Notes under the pieces: generated by a model
Databases searched by the model: none
What the model saw: the letters and a program-made list of their open reading frames with translations, nothing else
Told to the model about the DNA's origin: nothing
Origin: an uncultured Thermoplasmata archaeon
Lineage (GTDB): Archaea > Thermoplasmatota > Thermoplasmata > Lutacidiplasmatales > UBA184
Assembly: GCA_963730815.1 (NCBI GenBank)
Contig: CAVSTD010000001.1
Coordinates: forward strand, 211,941 to 275,940
Direction of reading: 5' to 3'
DNA: 64,000 bases
Part shown: positions 55,546 to 64,000 of the stretch, in pieces
Numbering within the stretch: position 1 is the first letter of the stretch
Layout of the letters: every line of letters begins with the position of its first letter
Translations under genes and position numbers: made by a program

Positions 55546-56238
55546 TTGAACGCGGAAGACTGGGGAATCAGCGTCTCTCTCGGCCTTCTGACGGGAGTTC
55601 TGACGATCCTCGCCGCCCGAGGGTTCGTCCGGTTCTACCAGACTCGGAAACATTCCCAGCTCGGCTGGGGGGTAGGTCTAGGGTTCGGAGCCACCGCCAC
55701 CGCGATCGAACTGCTCGCGTACGTCGGAGTGGTCTCCACGATCATGCTCCAAGCCTACGTCTTCTTCTCCGCTGCGATCGTGGGCACGCTGTCGCTGGGG
55801 TCGGTGCGCGCGTTCCGCCGACCGATCTATCGGAACCTCTACGCGGGCTACATCATCGCGGTTTCGGCCGTGGTGGGCGTCTTCTGTTTCACCACGCCCG
55901 TGTCCGATTCGATGGTCCAGGGCGGGGTCATCTCGGGGAACCCTCCTGCGTTCTTGCTGATCCTCTCTTCCCTGATCACGGGACCGGCGACCGTCGTCCT
56001 CCTCGGCTTCGCGGTGGTCTCGCTCCGTCGTGCGTTTCATTGGAAGGGTCTGCTCATGATCGCGGGCGCGAGCGTGCTCGCGGCCGGCGGTGTGTTCTAC
56101 ATCGCTTCCTTCCCGGTGGCTCTCTACTACGCCGAGTTCGTCGGAATCGTCCTCCTGTTCATCGGACTGACCGACTTCTCTCGGTGGCTTACTCCCGCCT
56201 CGGCCTCCTCGAGCGCGCCCGCCAATCGCGCCGCCTAG
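55546..56238 (+). CDS. polytopic (about 7 TM) membrane protein, hypothetical
   Basis: 230-aa ORF made almost entirely of hydrophobic helices. No recognisable motif. Confidence 0.5.
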   Translation: MNAEDWGISVSLGLLTGVLTILAARGFVRFYQTRKHSQLGWGVGLGFGATATAIELLAYVGVVSTIMLQAYVFFSAAIVGTLSLGSVRAFRRPIYRNLYAGYIIAVSAVVGVFCFTTPVSDSMVQGGVISGNPPAFLLILSSLITGPATVVLLGFAVVSLRRAFHWKGLLMIAGASVLAAGGVFYIASFPVALYYAEFVGIVLLFIGLTDFSRWLTPASASSSAPANRAA

Positions 56239-56341
56239 ATCTATTCGGGCTATGTCCCGGTGAGCCATCGGCCCCCTCGCACCGTATGACTCGTTTCTTC
56301 GTCTCGGGTCGTAGTCTCCTTCGGTAACAAACTATTACTCG

Positions 56342-57208
56342 GTGTCCAGCGTCCCCGACGCCGAGTTGGACCCGTCCATGGATGAGCCGGAGCTTGTCTC
56401 AGCCCTCGGTCGATTTGGCTTCCCCGAACGCGAGGCGCGCCTCTATCTCGCCCTGCTCCGGAGCGGAGGGTCGACCGCTCGGGACCTGATCCGGGACGCC
56501 CGGGTGGACCGAGTTCTCGCGTACCGGTCCCTCGAGATACTGAGGGTGCGGGGGGTCGTCCAGACCACGGCCGAACGGCCTCGCCGATTCTTACCGGTGC
56601 CTCCGTCGGCCGTTCTCGAGCGTCATCTCCACGGACGTCGGTTAGGAATTGAATCGGATCACGCCTTGGCGAAGCGACTTCTCAAAGTTCTCCCGACCGT
56701 CGGCACCGGCCCACCCACCGGGACGCCTCGGTTCCAGATGGTCACCGGTCCGGCATCGGTATATCGCCATCTGCGCGAGATGGTGCAGCGGTCCGAACGC
56801 ACGCTTTGGACGATGATCACTCCGAAGGCACTGCGCGAGTCGTGGAATGCCGGCCTCGCGGAGGATGTCGCCCGTTTCATTCGCGCCGGTCGCGAGTTCC
56901 GGATGATCATCGAACCGGACCCGGCGGCTGGGGGCCTCTTACGCCGGCTCACCGATCAGAGGAAGCGGTTTCCGTCGGTTCGGATCCGAGGAATCCGACC
57001 TCAGCGCTCCCGCCTCGCGATCTCCGACGGGCGGGAGGTAATGATGTTCTTGGTCCCCGAGGCGCGCGCCCCGGGGATCGAGGAGGTGGCCGTTTGGACC
57101 GACACTCCCGAGTTCGTGGCCACCCAGAGTGCGTACTTCGAATCGATCTGGCATCATGCCTTGCCCATTCGACTCCCTAGTGCCCGAGCTCGGCCCTCTC
57201 GGAAGTGA
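56342..57208 (+). CDS. TrmB-family transcriptional regulator
   Basis: N-terminal LGRFGFPEREARLYLALLRSGGSTARDLIRDARVDRVLAYRSLEILRVRGVV (TrmB wHTH), followed by a TrmB-like C-terminal effector domain. Confidence 0.75.
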   Translation: MSSVPDAELDPSMDEPELVSALGRFGFPEREARLYLALLRSGGSTARDLIRDARVDRVLAYRSLEILRVRGVVQTTAERPRRFLPVPPSAVLERHLHGRRLGIESDHALAKRLLKVLPTVGTGPPTGTPRFQMVTGPASVYRHLREMVQRSERTLWTMITPKALRESWNAGLAEDVARFIRAGREFRMIIEPDPAAGGLLRRLTDQRKRFPSVRIRGIRPQRSRLAISDGREVMMFLVPEARAPGIEEVAVWTDTPEFVATQSAYFESIWHHALPIRLPSARARPSRK

Positions 57209-57256
57209 GTAGAAGGGGGATTGGGAAAGGGTTGGTCTGCTCGTACCCTCGCACCC

Positions 57257-57415
57257 TTAGGGGTGCTTGGCCATCTTCATGACGTCGGCTTCGCCCATCT
57301 TCATGTGATGGGCGTGCTCGCCGTGCCATTGCACGAGACTGACGAGCTCTTTCTGGTCCTTCGAGATAACCTCGAATCCGTCGTCGCAAGCCACCTTCAG
57401 CCGTCCACAGCCCAT
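57257..57415 (-). CDS. small DUF1059-like metal-binding protein
   Basis: The internal ATG 57415 gives MGCGRLKVACDDGFEVISKDQKELVSLVQWHGEHAHHMKMGEADVMKMAKHP. The length and the pattern (C.D.GF.v...d..EL......H....H) fit DUF1059. Confidence 0.5.
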   Translation of the reverse strand: MGCGRLKVACDDGFEVISKDQKELVSLVQWHGEHAHHMKMGEADVMKMAKHP

Positions 57416-57601
57416 GTTGGTTCCGCCTGCCGCTTCCGCGGCGAGTGGAGTAGGTGCGTTCGGAGGGTTAAGGGTTGTAGACACCCCGAGTGACAACTAT
57501 CGAACCAAGTCCCCCCCGACCGTCCTCTCGTTCCGCAAGGATTCGCCCTCTTCCGACGTTCAGGACGGCCAGACGCTAGTGGAAGCGACCCAGGAAGGCG
57601 G

Positions 57602-58924
57602 TCAACTTGCGCTGATCGGGGGAGTGGAAGAGCAGTCGATGCACCAACCCTGTCCGTGAGTGACGAACGCCTCGCGCAGGCACTCGTTGCAGATCGGTCG
57701 AAGACACTTCGGGCAGGGGCCACTCATGCGCAAGGTCACGACGACCTTGGAGCAGGAGGCACAGACGGACTTGGGGGTCGCGTTCTCCCGACGACTTCGA
57801 TTGGGTCCGCGTTCGCCGAGCCGCAGCGGAGAGCCGACGCCCCGAAGATGAGGCGGAACGGGGTTGACGGCTTCCAAAAACAGTGAGTCGGCGGGGTCGG
57901 GGGGCCCGTGGAGTGCTTCGGAGAATCTTGCGAGCGAGGGGCCGGAGGATTCTGCAAGGAAGGCGCTGTCCGTCCCGTCGGGCTCACGACGGGCCTCCGG
58001 CGTTTGGGCCCCCGCCTCATGGTCGAGCGACGGAGCTGGGCCGAGAATCGATGGCGCCGGTTCCGCAGTCCCCAGGCCGGTATCGGCCGACGAGTTCGGA
58101 ACCTTCGGAAGTGCCTTGGCGACGCCGATCTTGTCCGGCACGTCGGATAGGAACAAGGTTCGACCGCCCGCGGTGGGCGGAAACATCCGGTCCAGATCCT
58201 CCTCGGAGAATCCCGCTCGCTTTGCCGATCCTCGGGGGGTATCCCGTGAGGGCGAGGTGCGAGACGTCGATCGCGCGAAGTCGCCCGCCATGGTCGCCGA
58301 CGTCGTGCCGGCGCCCTCTTTCCGCGTCGGGAAGGCTACGATACTCCCCGAGCCTCCCGGAGAATAGACGGGACTTCGACCGATCTTTCCGGTATCGGCT
58401 CCCCATCGCCGACTCTCGCGGGGAAGCCAAGAAAGCCAGGTTTCGTCTCCGGGACTCGCCGGTGCGGCCAGTACGCGCCACTCGGATCCTCGGGTTGAGA
58501 AAGTCGCCACCGGCCGGCGGACCGGCCCGGGTCGAGTCGAGCGCGCAGCCCCATCGACGGGCGGAGACATCACGGGAACATGCGCCGTCCCGGTATCCCG
58601 GAACGAGCCCTGACTCTCTTGCCTGCAGAAGACGGCGACCAGAGCTGCCGAAGCCCCCCAACCAATCAGGAACAAGCCCAGGGCAGCGTCCGGACGCGAG
58701 ACGCTTGGACGCGAAAGAAGGACGACCGCTCCCAGGAAAAGAGCCACGGACGCGGCGGCCGGCAGGAACCAGCTCAACACCACGTCGGACGGGCTCGCCT
58801 CGGAAGCCCGGTTCCCGGCGACGTAATTTGCGTGAACGACCCCGGACATGACGGAACGCGTGGTCCATGCCGGAATTCGGAGCTTGAAGCTATCGCGCCA
58901 CTGGAACCGGTCCAGAGGATGCAC
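57602..58924 (-). CDS. membrane-anchored, largely disordered protein with C-terminal eight-Cys (C4C4) zinc module
   Basis: Two N-terminal TM helices (WFLPAAASVALFLGAVVLL, LGLFLIGWGASAALVAVF), about 270 aa of Pro/Ser/Gly/Arg-rich sequence, then CASC-x12-CPKC-x4-CNEC-x12-CIDC. Coding status of the middle part rests only on ORF length. Confidence 0.45.
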   Translation of the reverse strand: MHPLDRFQWRDSFKLRIPAWTTRSVMSGVVHANYVAGNRASEASPSDVVLSWFLPAAASVALFLGAVVLLSRPSVSRPDAALGLFLIGWGASAALVAVFCRQESQGSFRDTGTAHVPVMSPPVDGAARSTRPGPVRRPVATFSTRGSEWRVLAAPASPGDETWLSWLPRESRRWGADTGKIGRSPVYSPGGSGSIVAFPTRKEGAGTTSATMAGDFARSTSRTSPSRDTPRGSAKRAGFSEEDLDRMFPPTAGGRTLFLSDVPDKIGVAKALPKVPNSSADTGLGTAEPAPSILGPAPSLDHEAGAQTPEARREPDGTDSAFLAESSGPSLARFSEALHGPPDPADSLFLEAVNPVPPHLRGVGSPLRLGERGPNRSRRENATPKSVCASCSKVVVTLRMSGPCPKCLRPICNECLREAFVTHGQGWCIDCSSTPPISAS

Positions 58925-59010
58925 CGGATCGAGGTTGCCGAAGCCAATGCGTCCATCTAGGTGGGCATCCGCCCGATGGCGAACCGCTCGAAGATCAGTG
59001 GCCGAGGAGG

Positions 59011-59601
59011 TCAGAGGCCGATCGATAGCAGGGCGTTCATCGCCTGCTCCAGCGTCTGGTCGGGCGTGCCGTTGGCGTTGATCCGGACCCAGCGAGGCGG
59101 CTGGAACATCTGCTCAAACTTCCGCTTGACCTTGACGAGGTACGGTTCGTCCTCGAAGGCATCGCGCTGGCCCCGCGTTTCGACCCGCTTCATCGCTACT
59201 TCGACCGGGGCGTCGAGGTAGAGGACCAGGTCCGGGTCGAGTGCGACCTGACGCTCGATGCGGTCCACCTCTCGCCACGCCTCGGCGCTCAGCCCAGGAT
59301 ATTGGTAGGCCAACGTCGAGTAGAACGAACGGTCCTGGATGACGATGTCCCCCATCTCGAGGGCACGTTCGATCTGCGGCCGGAGGAGCGCTCGGTCCAC
59401 GGTAAAGCAGAGGGCAGCCGCGAAGGAGTCAACTTTGCCGAGCCGGGCGAACTCGGACCTCAAGAATTTGTCGGTGGGTTCCCGGATGCTGGTGATCGAG
59501 TGACCACGACCGAGCAGCGGCGGGACCAGCCGGGCGGCGAGCTCCGTCTTTCCCGTCCCGTCGATCCCTTCGATGACAATGTAGGTGGCTCGTTCGGTCA
59601 T
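59011..59601 (-). CDS. tmk: thymidylate kinase
   Basis: P-loop IVIEGIDGTGKTELA, a DRSFYSTLAYQ (DRY-like) segment, and a lid region. About 196 aa. Confidence 0.85.
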   Translation of the reverse strand: MTERATYIVIEGIDGTGKTELAARLVPPLLGRGHSITSIREPTDKFLRSEFARLGKVDSFAAALCFTVDRALLRPQIERALEMGDIVIQDRSFYSTLAYQYPGLSAEAWREVDRIERQVALDPDLVLYLDAPVEVAMKRVETRGQRDAFEDEPYLVKVKRKFEQMFQPPRWVRINANGTPDQTLEQAMNALLSIGL

Positions 59602-59806
59602 GTTCTGCCACCCGTGTCTTCGGAAGCCCCGATGTGGAAATCGTCGAAACGCAACTCGGACACCGAGGCCGCTAAGTCCGTCCCGGGCAATAATACCGAT
59701 TGAAAGCGACGCGTCGTTCCCCCCTTTCGGAGAGGTGACCGCCCTCGGCGTTCCTTCGTCCTAATAGCCTCGGCTGCGTACCGGCGTTTCGCCGAGGCGA
59801 ATCGAA

Positions 59807-60346
59807 GTGGCGGCAGAATCCAAGCTAGGTGTGCGAATCGAAAGAAAGGCGCCTACCCATCTGCTGCCTTTCGAGCGCTTCTTCCGAGGGTTCGGCGACG
59901 TTCCTTCGGTGCGGGAACTTTTCGGCAAGGACACGGCGAAAGTCCTTCGAAACCTGAAGGTCGAGTTCTTCTCCGCCCGCTTCGGATATATGGGCACCAG
60001 CGACGTCGATGGTCATCTGCTCGTCAGCACCCACCACCTGAGCGATTCGGAGTTCCGAACGGTCTACCTCGACGTCGTCCACGAGCTCTGCCACGTGAAT
60101 CAGTTCCGCAAGGGAAAGCCGCTCTTCTACCCCAAGCTGAGCTACGTGGATGCCCCGTCGGAGATCGAAGCGTACACGTTCACGGTGAAGGAGGGTCGGC
60201 GCATCGGGATGACGACCCGGCAATTGATCGACTACCTCAAGGTCGAGTGGATCAGCAAGAGTGAGCATGCCCGATTGGCGCGTCGCACCGGCCTTATCGG
60301 CCGGGCTTCGAGGAAAAAAGCCCACCGATCTCGACTGCGTCGCTGA
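59807..60346 (+). CDS. HExxH-motif protein (putative zinc metallopeptidase-like, hypothetical)
   Basis: YLDVVHELCHVNQF...APSEIEAYTF gives HExxH plus a downstream Glu. Basic C-terminal tail. GTG start. No confident family assignment. Confidence 0.45.
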   Translation: MAAESKLGVRIERKAPTHLLPFERFFRGFGDVPSVRELFGKDTAKVLRNLKVEFFSARFGYMGTSDVDGHLLVSTHHLSDSEFRTVYLDVVHELCHVNQFRKGKPLFYPKLSYVDAPSEIEAYTFTVKEGRRIGMTTRQLIDYLKVEWISKSEHARLARRTGLIGRASRKKAHRSRLRR

Positions 60347-60357
60347 CCGACGTGAGC

Positions 60358-61233
60358 CTACTTACCCGGTGCGGTGGACGTTGCGCTCTCAAGGACGTCC
60401 GCCAGCACGGGGATCTCCTCGAGCGCCACCGGACGACCGTCCCGCAGGGGTCCGGTCGTGATTCCCTTCTCGCAGACCAGGTGACTCTTGCGCCACTCTC
60501 TGACATCGGCGCCGTCCAAGTGAAACACGAAATCGAAGGCGCTTCGTCCCGGACCGGCGGAGTCCGCGTAACCGACGAGCACGGAGTATCCCGCGTGGAT
60601 GTGGAGGGCCAGGATGGGAGGGACGCGATTCGGCGGGTACGCCGCCATCACTCGGTGGGCGTTGGTCACGGCGAGGGCTCCAGGTCTTCCATCGTTGGGG
60701 CGCAGAGCCAGGATCCGTTGGGAGGTTTCGGGGAGCCGGAGGAATTCAGTGATCTGGGTCAAGGTCGCCGGAGGCTCGTCCGAGCGGATCAGGCCAAAAA
60801 GCGCAAGATTCGCGGTCAGGTCATCGGGCCGGAGCGCCTCCGGGCGCTCGACGAGCCACAAGCGGTCTTCTGGAATCCAGCCGAGCTGGATGGGGTCAAC
60901 CGCCGGACGCTCCTCCCCCGGGACCCCGATATCCAGCCACTGAAAGTCGGGAGTCGTGGCTTCCGCGAGGGCGTAGAGCGTAAGGTTGACCAGGGGACGA
61001 GACGGGCCAAAGACGAGGACCGAATTCGGGCGGTCGAAGAGGTGGCCGGGGAAGATGGAGTCTTCTCCACCGTCCGCCGCCCCGGACGACGCGGGAGGTC
61101 GACTGGGATGGGTACTGTGGGGTCGGCCCGCCGGCGGCGCCTCCTTCCCGGCCCGGTAGGGGATCGGTCCCGGGGAGACTGGACTGCCGATCGGGAAGAG
61201 GATCGTTGCGGGTGCGGTCGTGTCGTTCGACAT
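60358..61233 (-). CDS. hypothetical protein (possible degenerate RecA/KaiC-like fold)
   Basis: 291-aa ORF. After a Pro-rich N-terminus, the segment NSVLVFGPSRPLVNLTLYALAEA sits where a Walker A strand-loop-helix would be, but lacks GKT. Divergent from the HTH_10 regulator gene. Confidence 0.4.
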   Translation of the reverse strand: MSNDTTAPATILFPIGSPVSPGPIPYRAGKEAPPAGRPHSTHPSRPPASSGAADGGEDSIFPGHLFDRPNSVLVFGPSRPLVNLTLYALAEATTPDFQWLDIGVPGEERPAVDPIQLGWIPEDRLWLVERPEALRPDDLTANLALFGLIRSDEPPATLTQITEFLRLPETSQRILALRPNDGRPGALAVTNAHRVMAAYPPNRVPPILALHIHAGYSVLVGYADSAGPGRSAFDFVFHLDGADVREWRKSHLVCEKGITTGPLRDGRPVALEEIPVLADVLESATSTAPGK

Positions 61234-61541
61234 CTACAGCTCCGGGCCGTTTGGGCCCAGTAGGAGGAAGCGCCTGGGTTGCCAAGAGACATCTCCGAAC
61301 GATTTCGGGCTCCCGAACGGGTTCGGTCCCGTTATCGCCTCCCGAACGCACCTTCGCGGGTCGACATTCGTCGTATTTCGCGGACGACAAAGACGTATCG
61401 TCGGCTCGAAGCCGGTTCCGCACTCCGTTATATCCCCGCCTTCGATTCGAGGGCGGCGGCCGGCCGAGAGGTGGATGTCGCCGTTCGATGGGGACCGAGT
61501 CCACGCGGAATCGCCCGCAGAAAGACGAGCCCGTGCGCCGA

Positions 61542-62270
61542 ATGGCGCGTAGAGGACACAACGGTACCTTGGATCGCTTCCGCAAGCTGCGCGTGGCCGA
61601 GGAGGTCGCGGTCGGGGACAGGTTGCTCCTGGCGACGCTGCGCATCCGAATTCCTCGCGGATTGTGGACCGGGGCCTTCACCTCGGCTCACTCGAACCTC
61701 TCGCTCGAGATCCTGAATCGCGCCGACGTGAGCAAGGACGTCTCCGTCTCTGACTACTGGATCAGTGGTCAGCCTCCGGGAGTGTGGGCCCGGGAGATCG
61801 CAGAATTCCCCGATGTGCTGAAGATCGATAGCCTCGCCGAGGTCGGAGAAGGGTCCATCTACCGGGTTACCTACCGCAATCCCCCGGTCATCTACATCTA
61901 TCGGGAGCTCGGGATGCCGATCCAGTTCCCGATGCGACTTCAGGGCGGGTACATTCGCTGGGAGGTTGTCGCACGGCACTCGGAGTTCCAGAAGGTCCTG
62001 AAGTACGTCGGGAAGGCCGACCCGGACTTTCAGGTGGTCTCGATTCGCCGCCGTCCACTTCGGAGTCACCTGCCGATGCTCACGGACAATCAACAGCAAC
62101 TCCTGACCCAGGCGATGGCCGCGGGGTACTTCGCGGTCCCCCGCGGGATCACACTGACGGCTCTCGCCCGACGGCTCGACCGGAGCAAATCGGGCGTCTC
62201 GGAGGCGATCGCGATCATCGAAAAGAAACTTCTGGAAAGCGCGTTGCGGCCCACTTCCCTCTCGCCGTGA
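61542..62270 (+). CDS. HTH_10 (Bat-type) DNA-binding regulator
   Basis: The C-terminal LTDNQQQLLTQAMAAGYFAVPRGITLTALARRLDRSKSGVSEAIAIIEKKLL is the archaeal HTH_10 motif. The N-terminal about 170 aa is an uncharacterised sensor-like domain. The start is ATG 61542 (or 61488). Confidence 0.7.
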   Translation: MARRGHNGTLDRFRKLRVAEEVAVGDRLLLATLRIRIPRGLWTGAFTSAHSNLSLEILNRADVSKDVSVSDYWISGQPPGVWAREIAEFPDVLKIDSLAEVGEGSIYRVTYRNPPVIYIYRELGMPIQFPMRLQGGYIRWEVVARHSEFQKVLKYVGKADPDFQVVSIRRRPLRSHLPMLTDNQQQLLTQAMAAGYFAVPRGITLTALARRLDRSKSGVSEAIAIIEKKLLESALRPTSLSP

Positions 62271-62361
62271 ACCCCGGCCACCTCGATCGATAGCGGAAAA
62301 CGATCGACCCGGCTACTCTCCGGGAGAACACGACGTCGACACGGACTCCGCCCGGGTAGTC

Positions 62362-64000
62362 TCAGCTCGCCGAGGCGGCCTTGCCCCGATGCTTTGGCCT
62401 GGGGCCCCCTTTCTGGTCGGTAACCCAGGCTCTTATGCGAGTATCCAGCATGTCGAGCGGAACGGCCCCTTCCTCTAAGACGCGGTCGTGGAACCCCCGA
62501 ACGTCGAACCGCTCGCCGAGACGATCCTCGGCCCATTGCCGGAGCTCTCGAATCTTCAGTTGACCGACCTTGTAGGCTAGGGCTTGGGCCGGCCATACAA
62601 TGTAGCGGTCGACTTCAACCGCGATGTCGACCTCGCTCTTGCCGGCGTTCTCCTGGAAGAAACGGATCGCCTGCTCGCGCGTCCAGCCGAGGGCGTGGAT
62701 GCCCGTGTCGACGACCAGCCGGATCGAGCGCCACATGTCGTAGGTATACTTGCCCATCTTCGAATACGGGTCCTGGTACATTCCGAGCTCCTCGCCCAGG
62801 CTCTCGGCGTACAATCCCCATCCTTCCACGTACGCCGTGGGGCCGGTGAACCGTCGGAAATCCGGGAGGTCGCTCAGCTCCTGGGAGAGCGCGATCTGAA
62901 GGTGGTGGCCGGGGACGGCCTCGTGCAGTGTGAGCGATTCCATCTCCCACTTCGGTCGAGAACGTAGCTCGTAAGTGTTCGCAAAGAACATTCCCGGGCG
63001 ACCGGTGGCCGGCGCGCCCGGCATGTAGTACGCCGTCGGCGAGCTCCTGGCCCGGAAGGCCGGCACGGGCATTACTCCGTAGGGGAGCCGGGGCAGCCGA
63101 CCGAACACCCGAGCGAGGCCGGGGTCGATCTGCTTCGCGATCACACGGTAGCCATCGACCAACGCCTCGGCGTCTCCATAGAAGAATCGAGCGTCCGTCC
63201 GGAGGAACTCGAGAAACTTCGCGTATCCGCCCGAGAAGCCGGTCTCGGTCATCAGGGTCTCCATCGCCGAGCGGAGCCGGCGGACCTCACGAAGCCCGAT
63301 CTCGTGGATCTCCTTCGGAGTGAGAGAGGTGGTGGTCTCCCATCGAACCAAGTAGGAGTAGAGCTCGGCTCCCTTCGGCAGGGTCGAAACTCCCGCACCC
63401 TCCCGACAAGCGGGGAGATATTTCGAGACCAGATACTCGTGCAGTCGGCCGAAGGCTGGGACGACCCGCTCCAAGTACGTCTTCCGGGCGGCCGCGACGA
63501 GCCGGCCGCGGTCGGGTTCTGCGATTCGGTTGGGGAATTCGACGAACGCTCTCAGCAGGGGGCTCGCCATCGGGTCGGATGGGATCAGTCCTTGGACTTG
63601 ATCGGGAGCGCCGCGAACGGCCACACGGTGAGCCGTGGAGCCTTTCTTGACTCCGATCTTGAGCAGGGCGATGTTCTGATCGACCGCGGCGGGCAGGGCC
63701 TCCAGTCGGGCGAGGATGTCGTCGTAGTCGGAAAGACGTTCCCGAGGCTGGATCTCGAGCGTCTCGGAGGCGGTGAGATGAATGCCCTCCATCTGGTTGA
63801 GTGGGGTAAGAAAGTTGTGCGGAACGCCGAGACGGAACGGCAAAGGGTCGAGGCCGAACGGCAATCCGACCTCGGCGATCTCGAGGAGTTCTTGGTAGAG
63901 GTCGTAATTCGTCCTCTCGTTCGGGGGCAGGTGTTCGGCGTCGAGTTTCCGTAACGAAGCGAGGCTCTCGGTGAGGTGGCGCGTCCGACGTTCGATCCCC
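62362..64000 (-). CDS. DUF885-family protein (metallopeptidase-like fold), 5' end beyond window
   Basis: LTLHEAVPGHHLQIAL...AYVEGWGLYAE...DRYIVWPAQALAYKVG are DUF885 hallmarks. The same frame stays open upstream of the track start (TTG 63864) to the window edge (...HLTESLASLRKLDAEHLPPNERTNYDLYQELLEIAEVG). Confidence 0.75.
   Translation of the reverse strand, partial: GIERRTRHLTESLASLRKLDAEHLPPNERTNYDLYQELLEIAEVGLPFGLDPLPFRLGVPHNFLTPLNQMEGIHLTASETLEIQPRERLSDYDDILARLEALPAAVDQNIALLKIGVKKGSTAHRVAVRGAPDQVQGLIPSDPMASPLLRAFVEFPNRIAEPDRGRLVAAARKTYLERVVPAFGRLHEYLVSKYLPACREGAGVSTLPKGAELYSYLVRWETTTSLTPKEIHEIGLREVRRLRSAMETLMTETGFSGGYAKFLEFLRTDARFFYGDAEALVDGYRVIAKQIDPGLARVFGRLPRLPYGVMPVPAFRARSSPTAYYMPGAPATGRPGMFFANTYELRSRPKWEMESLTLHEAVPGHHLQIALSQELSDLPDFRRFTGPTAYVEGWGLYAESLGEELGMYQDPYSKMGKYTYDMWRSIRLVVDTGIHALGWTREQAIRFFQENAGKSEVDIAVEVDRYIVWPAQALAYKVGQLKIRELRQWAEDRLGERFDVRGFHDRVLEEGAVPLDMLDTRIRAWVTDQKGGPRPKHRGKAASAS

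Noticed and set aside
54117-56327. 736-aa plus-strand ORF spanning the GNAT, EamA and 7-TM genes
   Set aside because: Arg/Gly/Pro-rich alternate frame. The EamA and membrane-protein frames have proper hydrophobic helices.
1-64000. CRISPR arrays, rRNA genes, transposases/integrases, toxin-antitoxin or known defence-system genes
   Set aside because: Reading both strands, I found no regularly spaced direct repeats, no rRNA-like segments and no ORFs with transposase, integrase, restriction or Cas-type motifs. This absence rests on manual inspection only.

Overview
High-G+C archaeal chromosomal window. Archaeal hallmarks are a proteasome alpha subunit, membrane-inserted LonB, archaeal-type NMN adenylyltransferase, TrmB and HTH_10 regulators, a thermopsin-like surface protein, and TTTATA-type boxes about 26-33 nt upstream of tRNAs and apparently leaderless starts. 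A Thermoplasmatota-like origin is my inference only. I can support about 60 protein genes and 2 tRNAs (Phe-GAA, Thr-CGU). I found no rRNA, CRISPR array, transposase or integrase. Most content is housekeeping: thiolase + DUF35, topA, uvrA-uvrC, psmA, folD, lonB, nadM, a Cys/Met PLP enzyme, msrA, ribA, asnA, gltD-like, tmk, and transporters. The most coherent system is a form-I (AYRCSFR loop) aerobic CO dehydrogenase set. It comprises coxM-coxS-coxL, a divergent moaA-coxD-coxE-coxG unit, and a mocA-xdhC fusion about 2.3 kb away from coxL. The unusual items are: (1) a visibly lower-G+C islet directly after tRNA-Thr carrying a SET-domain methyltransferase gene and an alpha/beta hydrolase; (2) a cytoplasmic ACE-like M2 peptidase; (3) an AlkD-like ORF running without a stop into a PH-like/zinc-ribbon module; (4) a roughly 1600-aa thermopsin/beta-helix surface protein whose membrane anchor is out of frame; (5) a membrane protein ending in a C4C4 RING-like zinc module; (6) an uncharacterised HExxH / degenerate P-loop-like / HTH_10 trio; (7) small Cys-rich ORFs hidden under spurious long ORFs. 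Cross-cutting caveat: at least nine conserved genes are frame-disrupted as assembled, probably by indel errors, though this needs read-level checking. Many long ORFs in the supplied track are alternate-frame artefacts of the high G+C. I did not find a clear-cut novel defence or mobile system; the candidates above are the best leads.
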